This document shows positions 49,330-60,716 of a stretch of DNA of 64,000 nt, in pieces. Origin of the DNA: the human T2T-CHM13v2.0 reference genome, Homo sapiens; assembly GCF_009914755.1 (NCBI RefSeq), contig NC_060945.1, one strand, 5' to 3'. The position numbers and the translations under genes were made by a program. The first letter of the stretch is position 1; each line of letters begins with the position of its first letter. The notes under the pieces were generated by a model, which did not search any database, had not been told where the DNA came from, and saw nothing but the letters and a program-made list of their open reading frames with translations.

Positions 49330-51111
49330 TTGATTAGCTTTTTTTAAAAACTGCTATAAGTAGCTTACTGTTTTGTTGATTTAAAAAAAATTTCAATTTA
49401 GCTATTAAGATTAAAAAAAATTTTTTTCCTTTTATATTTATTAATTCCTTCAGTTACTTTGTAATTTTCAACTTTTTAAGTTGGAGGCTTCATTCATTCT
49501 CTTACTGTCTTGCTTTCATTTCTAAAGATGTAAAGTAATCAATGGGTTAAATTTTCCTCTAAAGCACTGCTTTAGTTTTATTAGTATGGTTTCTAAAAAT
49601 TCTTCAGTTTTTACTTCTATTTTCCCTTTAAGAGGAATATCTAAGAAGATAATGTTTAAATTTCAGTGTAGAAAACCCTGTTTTCTGATTTTGTTACTAA
49701 TTTCTAGGGAATATTGTTTGTATTTTAATTATTACTTGGTATTGGTTGAAAATTTCTTTGCTGCTTAATATATGGGTGCTGTTTATGAATGTTTCCATGG
49801 GATACTGAAAAAAGAAAGGTGTGTTCTCTCTTACCAAGTACAGAATTGCCTCTTTCTCCTTATGCACTGCTTCTTTAATTTTGTTGTTTATATGTCTGAC
49901 AGCCTTGTGTGCTTATTTCTTGCCCGCGTGTTCTGTCTCGGGTTGGAAGGGACACGCACGTCTCCTGCCTTCACATGCTGAGATGGGTTTCTGTAGCATC
50001 CCCAGAATTTCTGCTGAATGAAGTGTGTCGGGTTATTTGGTACGAACATATCGAATGACTATATCTGCTCTAAGAATTTTAGTTTTAGCGTTATATTCCT
50101 GATGTCTCATTTATTTCATTTGGCCTGATATTTTATTGTCTAATATCAAGATATTGAACCCTTTTTTTTTTTTTTGCATTTTTCCAGTATATATTTATTT
50201 CATGTATTTTTAACTCTGCTGAATTTCTCTGTTTTAGGTCTTTCTCTTCTATCTGCAGAGTTGGGGTTTGTTTTAAGCCAGTGCGAATGTTGTCCTTTTA
50301 GTAGGTGATTGGAGGCTTTTTGTATCGGTAGATATGATTGGTGTGTTTGGACCAGGGCTGTGGTCATTTTGTGTATTTTAGGGAGTTGCAGATAAAATAC
50401 ATGCACGTTCGCACACACAGCACAGACGCCTGCATCTTCCCATGCGTGGTTTCTGCTCTTGCCTCTCTGGGTTTTTGTTTCACTTCGGTCGAGTTTTTGG
50501 TGGTGTTGAGCGGATAGCCGGGGAAGTTGGAGTCTTGTTTGTGGCCGCCTCGTGCTCGTGTCTGTATCTAAGATCCTCAGGCTGCTCCTTTTTGGGTAAG
50601 GTCTGTTGCTTCTCTAGGAACAGTGACGGTGGCAGAGCCCGTGGCCCCTCTCTCCTGTCCCAGAGCCAAGCTGTTTCCTCTCCCCACTCCCGGGCACCCT
50701 GCGGGCAAGTGAGGGGGGCCCACTCTGCCCTGGCCTGCCCCACCGCCCCATTTGCTGGGTTGTCCTCAAAGCACACGGTAAGCACCCCCGCCCCCGCCCC
50801 CCACACACGTACCGCTGTCAGCCTTCTTGCTCGTCACCTCCATCCAGGGCACATCCGCCCCTCTGGGTGCTGTGAGCCTGTTGCCGGCGCGGTCCCGCTG
50901 CTCCTCCTTCTGCTGCCCTGCACTGCCGTGGCACAACCCTCCCTCCGGGTCTCTGCTGAGCCCTCCAGGCGCTCAGGTCTGCCGTCTGGTTGCAGGTGTT
51001 TTATAGAGTGCAGCTTTACGCTCCCACTCCAGTCATCTCCACGTTGGTGTCCGTCTGTGTGTCCTCTCTGCCTTTAAGTTCTGCCTCTGTGTGACACAGT
51101 TTCACAGTTTC

Positions 51112-52156
51112 TGTGACCAAAACACAGGTTTAGTCGCTTGCTGCTGGCAGAGTCCAATTAACAAGAGCACGTCGGGTATAAAGAAAGTGACTTTATTCCA
51201 AAGCTAGCTTAGGGGAAGAGGTAAAGTGAGGGTACCACTTTGCTTTTGGAGCAGAAAGTGGGAACTTTTAAAGGTGGGGGGATGTGTGGCACACAGGGGA
51301 GGAGGCTGGCAGGTGGGGGTCTGCATAACTCGTTTCGCTGCCTTATCTACCGGGTGGTCGAGTTGGCATCTTCCCCGGCAGAACTGTGTTGGGGTGTTGT
51401 GGGTATTGTGGGTATTGTGGGGGTTGTGTTGTGGGTGTTGTGGGGGTTGTGGGTGTTGTGTTGTGGGTGTTGTAGGAGTTGTGAGTGTTGTGGGGGTTGT
51501 GGGGGTTGTAGGGGTTGCGGGTGTTGTGGGTGTTGTAGGGGGTGTGGGTGTTGTGGGTGTTGTGGGGGTTGTAGGGGGTGTGGGTGTTGGGGGTGTTGTG
51601 TTATGGGTGTTGTGGGGGTTGTGGGTGTTGTGGATGTTGGTGTTGTAGGGGTTGTTGGTGTTGTGGGGGTTGTGGGTGTTGGGGTTGTGGGTGTTGTGGG
51701 TGTTGTGGGTGTTGTGTTGTGGGTGTTGTGTTATGGGTGTTGTGGGGGTTGTGGGTGTTGGAGTTGTGGGTGTTGTGGGAGTTGTGGGTGTTGTGGGAGT
51801 TGTGGGTGTTGGGTTGTGGAGGTTGTGGGTGTTGCGGCGGTTGTGGGTGTTGTGGGTGTTGTAGGTGGCCAGAACTTTCCAGGTGGAGAGAGTTAGTTCA
51901 TAACAGCACTTTGGGTGTGGATCAATTGTTGTCTCTAGAGGTAGCCACCTGGTGGCTGAGGGTTCCCCTGGAGCTCCTGAGCACATGGTTAGGTGAGCTT
52001 GCCCCATCGGCAGTGTCCAGTGAATGGAAGGGAAAAGGGTATAATTGCATTTCTAAAGGGCTATGTAGGAAGTGGGGAACAGGGGGAAATGGAGACAAGA
52101 GAAGAGAAGAGATAAAAATAATTTAGAAACAGAAAAATGGGGGACACTTGGTTACA
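51112..52156 (-). mobile_element. Solo ERV1-type LTR interrupted by a minisatellite
   Basis: TGT...ACA termini, 4-bp flanks tttc/tttt, AATAAA on minus strand at ~51192-51197; family not resolved. Confidence 0.65.
51387..51862 (+). repeat. G/T-rich 9-bp VNTR (GTTGTGGGT and variants)
   Basis: About 475 bp almost devoid of C on the + strand; produces the spurious VVG/PTT repeat ORFs. Confidence 0.95.
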
Positions 52157-52206
52157 TTTTAGCTTTGTGTGTCTCTGTAAATCTAGCAATCTGGCAGACT
52201 GCTGGC

Positions 52207-52493
52207 TTTTTTTTTTTTTTTTGAGACTGACTCTTGCTCTGCCACCCAGGCTGAAGTGCAGTGGTACGATCTTGGCTCACCGCAATCTCCGTCTCCCGGG
52301 TTCCAGTGATTCTCCTCCTGAGTAGCTGGAATTACAGGCGTGCGCCACCACGCCCAGCTAATTTTTCTATTTTTAGTAGAGATGGGGTTTCACCATGTTA
52401 GCCAGGCTGGTCTTGAACTCCTGGCCTCAAGCCATCTGCATGGCTCAGCCTCCCAAAGTGCTGGGATTACAGGTGTGAGCTACCCCTGCCGGC
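52207..52493 (-). mobile_element. AluS
   Basis: Dimer. Confidence 0.9.
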
Positions 52494-52781
52494 TGACAGC
52501 TAAATTTTTAAATGCTGTTTATACTTGTGATTACTTATGTGTTTAACTTTTTTTTCTTTTTTTGTCTTAACTTTCTACTTTACCATCACCATCGTTATTA
52601 CTTAACATTCTTTTCCTTCACTTTCCTGCCTGCTCTGAGACTGGGTGAAGTTTGTTTTTATTTCCTGTTTCTCCTACTGCAGAAGTCACACATCTGTCCA
52701 TCATTTATATTCTTGGAGTGTCGTCCTTAAATGTTAGGATGCATGCTTGATGTCACAAAAGTTTACCGGTGTCTCTATTTT

Positions 52782-53411
52782 CTTTTTTTTTAAACTTCAC
52801 TAGTGTGTGGGGTACAGGTGGATTTTGGTTATGCGGACAGGTTCTTTAGTGGCGAATTCTGAGATTTTAGTGCACCTGTCACCCGAGCAGTGTACACTGG
52901 ACCCAATATAGAGTCTCTATCCCTCACCCCCTTCCCAATTTCCCTGTCCATTATATCACTCTATGTTTTTGCGTTCTCATAGCTTAGCTCCCACTTATAA
53001 GTGAGAACAGTTTTTGGTTTTCCGTTCCTGAGTTTCTTCACTTAGAATAATGGCCTCCAGCTCCATCCAAGTTGCTGTGAGACATTATTTTGTCCCTTTT
53101 GATGGCTGAGTAGTATTCCGTGGTGTATATGGACCACGTGTTCTTTATTCACTCTTCGGTCCATGGATGCTTTAGGTTGGTTCTGTATCCTTGCAATTGC
53201 AAGTCATCTTGCTGCAAACATGCATATGTCTTTTTCCGCTCATGGCTTCTTTTCCTCTGGTAGATACCCAGGAGTGGGATTGCTGGATCGAATGGTGGAT
53301 CTACTTTTAGTTCTTTAAGGAATCTCCATGCTGTTTCCACAGTGGTTGTACTAGTTTACATTCCCACCAGCAATGTAGAGGTGTTCCCTGTTCACCACAT
53401 CCATGCCAGCC
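52782..53411 (-). mobile_element. 5'-truncated L1 (L1PB-like) 3' end fused to U6
   Basis: T-tract at ~52782-52791, L1PB-type 3' UTR, ORF2 C-terminal motif CGEQGTPLHCWWECKLVQPLWK in ORF track. Confidence 0.9.
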
Positions 53412-53518
53412 AAAAATGTGGAATGCTTCACGAATTTGCATGTCGTCCTTCTGCAGGAGCCACGCTAATCTTCTCTGCCTCGTTCCGGTTTTAGTACACG
53501 TACTGCTGACGCAAGCAT
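53412..53518 (-). pseudogene. Full-length U6 snRNA pseudogene (5' part of U6/L1 chimera)
   Basis: Reverse complement atgcttgcgtcagcagtacgtgtactaaaaccggaacgaggcagagaagattagcgtgg...gaagcattccacattttt aligns ungapped to U6, 88/107 by manual count. Confidence 0.95.
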
Positions 53519-53824
53519 GGGTGTCTCTGTTTTCTTCCCAAATAGTGTAAAGATCTTGGAGCCGGGACTTTGGTTCCATGGTGTTTTCAAACCGGCTTTC
53601 CTCATGTGTGGGTGCCATGCGGGCGTCTGCATCTCCATGCTTGGAGTCCGCGGGGGGTCTCCAGACAGGATCCTGGTTGTCACCTGAAGCTTGGAGAAGG
53701 GACAGGAGTGCACTGCAGGCGGGGGTGTGACCACGTCCGCACCCCTCCCAGAGTGCGAGGCTGTGTCTTTTTAGTCCATTTCTTCCCCCACTGCATGCTG
53801 GGACACTCATCATGTCTTCAGCCC

Positions 53825-53946
53825 TGTGTGTGTGTGTGTGAGAGATTGTGAGTGAGTGTGTGTGTGTAAGGGTGTGTGTAAAGCGTGAATGTGTCAGTGT
53901 GAGAGTGTGTGTGTGCGTGTGAGTGTTGAATGTGTGTGTGAGTGTG
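53825..53946 (+). repeat. Imperfect (TG)n tract
   Basis: Direct reading. Confidence 0.85.
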
Positions 53947-53994
53947 ACTCGGCTGAGAGGAGACAGCGCAGCTGGGCAGGTGATGCTTGGTGAG

Positions 53995-55240
53995 TGTGAT
54001 AGTGTGATGTAATCAGAAACATACTTTGGTCTCTGGCCCTGGCTCTGGGCACACAGCTCCTACAACCTTTAGTGCTGAGTGTCTTTTTTTTTGCTAATGA
54101 GGTGACTGTGGCTGGGGCTCCAGGACAGCCTCCTGGGGGACTGGTTGCCAGGGCAACTGACCATGTAATTAGAGGTTGGGACTCCACCCGTGGACCTCTG
54201 GGGAGGGGAGGGAGCCCGCAGAGGTGGAGTGGATCACCAGTGGCCGGTGTTCTGCTCGATCGTGCCTGTGTAATGAAGCCTCCACAGACTCCCTCAAGGA
54301 CAGCGTTTGGGGGCTTGCAGGCTGCTAAGCACGGGGAGGTTCCCGGAGGGTGGAGCCCTGGGGAGGGTACAGCAGCTCCGAGCTCCCTGCCCCATACCTC
54401 ACCCTGTGCATCTCTTCATCTGTATCTTTTGTAACATCCTTTATAAAAACCAGTAAATGAGGCCAGGCGCGGTGGCTCACGCCTGTAATCCCAGCACTTT
54501 GGGAGGCTGAGGCGGGCAGATCACGAGGTCAGGAGATCAAGACCACGGTGAAACCCCATATCTACTAAAAATACAAAAACTTAGCCGGGCGTGGTGGCGG
54601 GCACCTGTAGTTCCAGCTACTCAGCAGGCTGAGGCAGGAGAATGGCGTGAACCCTGGAGGCGGAGCTTGCAGTGAGCCGAGATCGGGCCACTGCATTCCA
54701 GCCTGGGCAACAGAGCAAGACTCTGCCTCAAAAAAACAAAACAAGACAAAACAGTAAATGTGTCTCCCTGAGTTCTGTGAGCTGCTCTGGCAAATTAATT
54801 GAACCTGAGGGGGAGTCATTGGAAAGCCACCCTGTAGCTGGTCAGTCAGAAGCACTGGACACTCCTGTGCCCTGGACACCCCAGGCCTCGCCCTGTGCTC
54901 CTCTCCGCCCAGCTGTCCATCCGGATCCTTCATAACACCCTTTATAATAAACCAGTAGACGGTGTTCCCAGAGTTCTGTGAGCCGTCCTAGCAAATGATC
55001 AAACTCAAGGAGGGCACCGTGGGAACCCCAGCTTAGCCGGGTGGTCAGGAGCACAGGTCACAAGCTAGGATCAGCATCCTGACCCGGTGGTCAGGAGCAC
55101 AGGTCACAAGTGGGGCAGTCTCCAGGGCGAGCCCTGGCGCCATGGGATTTTCTGATGCCGAAATCCCCACCCGTTTTGGTGAGCAGAGCATTCTGTGTTG
55201 AGTGTTGAATGTGGGGACAGAAGGAAAGAAGAGTTTGTTT
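53995..55240 (+). mobile_element. MER21-family LTR with Alu insertion and internal duplication
   Basis: tgtgatagtgtga...tttggtctct...gcacacagctcctacaacc start; ccctgagttctgtgagc motif occurs twice. Confidence 0.8.
54461..54752 (+). mobile_element. AluY with 12-bp left-arm deletion (AluYd-like)
   Basis: gagatcaagaccacggtgaaacccc; TSD aaaac(c)agtaaatg. Confidence 0.9.
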
Positions 55241-56039
55241 CCTGCGGGTGAGACTCTGGGCTGCACCAGGTGATGAGCAGCCCTGGAGCGCTTGTTAGTT
55301 TTGTGGTGCCTTTGAAGTCACTTCGCTGGGTCCGCAATCAAAAGCCGGGGTTGGTGGTGGTTCTTTTGTTAATCAGTAATTAGCTCCACACTGTTGATTC
55401 TCTGAGCTCTTTTTTTTTTCCCCCAGGGATAAAGCGTTAATTACTTTTTTAACACGATACTAACCTCCTGACAGCCTCCCACCCCAAGCTGGGTGTCTGG
55501 GGACGGCGGGCCTGTCTCCCCCACCAAGGTGTGGGGTGAGTGTGGAGAGGACATTTCACAGCTCCCCGGGGGTCACCATCAGTGTGAGTGTTGGGACATT
55601 CTTTTCCTGATTTCTCTGTCTCTCGATGCCATTTTTGTGAAGGTTTAGCAAATACTTGATAGATTGTTGTGAGAATGTGGGCTTCCTTATTTGGGGGAGA
55701 TTTTTTATAATGGAAAAGGTTTCCTTTTTTGGAAGTCACCTGGGGACGGGGATGAGTCACCCGGGGGCCTTGGTGCATGTGGAGGCCCAGGCTTGTGGGG
55801 GAGTCGCACAGAGCACGTGTGTGATGCATTTATCAGGGCCTTTCTCAGCCTGGGGACGAGGAGTGGATGTGACGGAGGAGGCTCCTGTTCTTGTGGGGGT
55901 GGCGAGGCGAGGATGGTGAACACATCAGCAAACAGGAAGCGTGGGGGGAAGCGTGCGTGCGAAGGAGTGCAGCCCCCAGGACGCTGGGCCGAGCCAGGCA
56001 GGGACCTGCTTCAGTCCTCGAAGGAGGCTGCTGGCTTGT

Positions 56040-56150
56040 GACCCTCCTTAACCCCACCCTCAAGGCAGGCAGCGAGTGGAGGAGAGTCTCCCTGGGACCC
56101 TCCTTAACCCCACCCTCAAGGCAGGCAGCACGTGGAGGAGAGTGTCCCTG
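56040..56150 (+). repeat. 56-bp tandem duplication
   Basis: gaccctccttaaccccaccctcaaggcaggcagc..gtggaggagagt.tccctg at 56040 and 56096. Confidence 0.9.
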
Positions 56151-56302
56151 TGTCCCTGGAAGAGAGGCCTGCATGGCAGGGGGCACAGAGACTCTGGGCC
56201 TGGGTCCCCCCCGGCACAGTCTGTGACCTGTGACCAAAGGCTGAAGTCTGGGCTGGAGCTACCTGCTCTGTGGGAAACAACAGTGTGCTCTGGGCTTCCA
56301 TG

Positions 56303-56435
56303 GGGTCTCCCAGCTCAGGGGCTGTGGCTCAGGAGCCATGTGCCAGGCAGGGCACTCCGTCAGTGTAGGGTCTCCCAGCACAGGGGCTGTGGCTCAGGAG
56401 CCACGTGCCAGGCAGGTCACTCCGTCAGCATAGGG
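56303..56435 (+). repeat. 65-bp tandem duplication
   Basis: gggtctcccagc.caggggctgtggctcaggagcca.gtgccaggcagg.cactccgtcag at 56303 and 56368. Confidence 0.9.
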
Positions 56436-56976
56436 GCTGCCATGAGGATTGGCTGCATTTTTTCGCTGTGTGATGTGACTGGCTGCCCAGTGGTGGTGGC
56501 AGAGCCAGCCTGGGGTCTGGGCATGGGGCGCCTGTCCCCAGCGGGGCGGGCTCTGGGGTGCGAGCGTCTGTTCTGTGTCAGGAGTCCCTGTTTCTTTCTC
56601 CCCATGCTCACACGGGGTTTTTAGACTTTGTGAAGGGTGTGCTTCCCAAAGAAAACCAGCTGCAGGTGTCTGTGCTGGCACAAGGAGAACAAACCCAGAG
56701 AGCACTGGGTTCTTTCCTAGAGGGGATGGAATCCAGCCAGGCGTGCCATGAGGCTCGCAGCCTCGGGGACCTGTGCTCACCAGCACACCACCAGTGCCCA
56801 GGGCTCCTTGTGCTGCAGGAAGGGACACTGGCATGAAGTAGGGGGTGGGGGGAGTCGCTGTCTGGGGGGCACTCCATGTACCTCCAGATTCATGCACTCG
56901 GGGACCGGGCAACGCCTCGGGAAGCAGCCTGCGCTGATGTCAGGATCTATAGTTTAATACTCGTTAGTTTGTCCCC

Positions 56977-58094
<1,118 letters not shown>

Positions 58095-58985
58095 CAGCTC
58101 CCCAGGTCCGCTCCCGTGAGGAGCAGGCTCTGCCTTTGCAAGCACTTTCACGAACAGCAGATCCATCTTCCTCCTGTTAGCAATCAGGCGGTCAGGGTGG
58201 CGGCCACTTCCCTGCCATGCCGCAGAGACCCTGACCTCCTCCGACATCATGCTCCGGCCCCGGCTTCTGTCCTAGCTGTGGCTCGCTGGTCTCGAGATGG
58301 CTGCCTTGCCCCGGCTGTTTCATCTGCATTCCAGGCAGGAAGGTCGAGAAGGGCACGCCTGGGCTTTTCTTTTGAAGACTCCCCCTGAGCCCCACCCTGC
58401 CGCAAGGGGCTTGGGCTGTCACCCTGTGGGCTGAGTCCAGGGCTGCCGTGTTGGAGAGGCGTGTGGGAATGTGCGTTTTGGGATGGCAGCCCGAGCCTCC
58501 TACAACTTGGCAGAGTTGTCAGGATTTCAAGCCCCGTGTGTCTTTGACCTTTTACCTGAGCTGTGTGAGAAGAGGCATTTTCTTGTTTCTTTGCGAGTCC
58601 TTCCTCACTGCACTTCAGCCAGGGCGCCGACACATGGTCGTTCGACTTCTGGCTTGGCCTCTTTTGTGAGTGTGGGGCCTGGTCATATCCTCTTGGTCAG
58701 TGTCTCTGTGATGATGAGAACGGGAAGACGGCCACGGTGCCCACCCTGGCAGGACTCTCTCCCCTCGCTGGCGCTGGCTCAGCTGCCGTGAGCGGCCGTA
58801 GGCACTGTCCCGGGCCCTCCTGTGGTTGCTCCCAGCCATGCTGCTGGCTGCTTCTGCCGTCCTGGCTTGCAGAGACTCTGGGTCATGCGGGGAAGAGGGC
58901 AGAGTCCTCCTCCCTGCTCAGGCAAGAGAGGATCCAGCAAGATTTCTTCCTCCCCACCCTCCTGCCCCTCCCAGTCTGGGCAGCA

Positions 58986-58992
58986 GATAAAA
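58986..58992 (+). promoter_or_regulatory. TATA-like/GATA element (GATAAAA) of putative alternative promoter
   Basis: cagcaGATAAAAgcc, about 80 bp upstream of the 59068 donor. Confidence 0.35.
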
Positions 58993-59014
58993 GCCAGGGC
59001 CCCACACTTCTGCC

Positions 59015-59068
59015 ACCTCCTGCTGCTCACACACTCCAGCCAGGGACCTGCCCCCGGGGTCCAACAAG
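59015..59068 (+). other. AGPAT3: Probable alternative first (non-coding) exon; start approximate
   Basis: Strong donor AAG|gtaagg at 59068/59069, TATA-like GATAAAA at 58986-58992, no ATG. Position fits my recollection of a downstream-promoter AGPAT3 isoform. Confidence 0.55.
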
Positions 59069-59639
59069 GTAAGGACAGCGGGGCTGCCCCTGAGCAGAAC
59101 TCTCTTTCTTCCCTGGCTGACTTTGAGGCACCTGAGTCATTGTGGGTAGACAAAAGGGGGAGGGAGAACGGGAGCTTGGGGTCCTGGTCTCAGACCCCAT
59201 GCTGTCTCCAAGTCTGTGCCCTCTGGGCTGGACTCTTCCTCAGCCCCAGCCCCAGCGCCTCCAGCTCCGCTCTGTCCCCTCAGGGGGCATTGACCCCTTG
59301 TAGCCCCGTGGCTTGTTGCCCCTGCACCCCATAACCCTGTGTTGACTTGGGCACCTGTGACATTCATGCATCTGGCCTGCGCCTGTCTCCAGCGCCCACA
59401 TTCCCACACAGAGCTCTGTCAGGACGTGCCACAGCAGGACTCCCAAGTCCATTCCACCTTCTCCGTCAGGGCAGGCCAATCCTCGTCTGCTGCAAATGTC
59501 CTGGGAGTAACAAACCCAGAGCTGGCCTCTCTGGTGTGGTGGCCGCCGGCGCCATGTAGCTGCCTGCCCAGGAGAAGCGGCGAGGCCCACGTGTGAGGCC
59601 CTGAGAGCTGGAAATAGGTACTGGATTTCAGTGTCCGAT

Positions 59640-59745
59640 GGAGAAGTCTGTGATATTTTGGATATGTTGGATTAGGTAAAACACATCGTTAAAGTTAATT
59701 CCACTTTTCTCTGTGTTTTACTGTGGCCACTGGAGCATTCAGTGG
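59640..59745. mobile_element. MER33/MER3-like remnant
   Basis: gatattttggatatgttggattaggtaaaa...gtggccactgg. Confidence 0.5.
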
Positions 59746-60245
59746 TACGGTGGCTGCGGCTTGCCTTCTCCCGCTGGGTCAGCACCAGGGTACAGGTCAT
59801 CTGTAGACTTTTGCCTGAGACACAGACGCCTGCTTGGGACATGGACTCCAGCTCCTCAGCCCTGTCCTCCAGCAGCGGTGAAATCTGGAGTGTTCTTGAG
59901 TAACGCACTGGCGCCAAGGGGGTGCTGAGCCTTCGCTCTGCCGTCCTTGGCTGAACAAGCTGTTTCTCTGGGGACCACGTCAGGTAACACGTAGGACAGC
60001 GGGGTGGTCCAGCAGGGAGGGCATGCGCATCTGTGTGGCAGGACTGGGGGTGATTTTATCCGGGATCCCCTGGGGTGGCCCAGCGTTGGCTCGGGTGTTT
60101 CATTCTCACAGAGAACAGGCAGCTTCAGGGGCCACGCGTGCACGAGAGGAGCCCCCAGCCCCCACGGCGCGTTCCTGGGTTTCCATGCTGCGGCATTTAA
60201 GAAAAGAGCTCTGTGTCGTGCTGCTGGGGTAGCTTCCGTGAGCTA

Positions 60246-60618
<373 letters not shown>

Positions 60619-60716
60619 GAGACAGGGTTTTGCCATGTTGCCTAGGCTAGTCTCAAACTCCTGATCTGCCTGCCTCAGCCTCCCAGAGTGCTGGGATTAC
60701 AGGCATGAGCCACCAG
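60619..60716 (-). mobile_element. Alu left-arm/FLAM fragment
   Basis: gagacagggttttgccatgttgcc...gggattacaggcatgagccacca; its T-tail lies at 60255-60282. Confidence 0.85.

Noticed and set aside
51387-51862. Interstitial telomeric repeat
   Set aside because: Unit is GTTGTGGGT, not TTAGGG
51204-52126. 267/218/182-aa mucin-, elastin- or keratin-associated-like ORFs
   Set aside because: Translations of the 9-bp VNTR inside an LTR; open in most frames
53412-53518. Functional U6 gene
   Set aside because: About 18% divergence including the ACAGAGA box (GCAGAGA), fused to L1 with TSD, no evident PSE/TATA upstream
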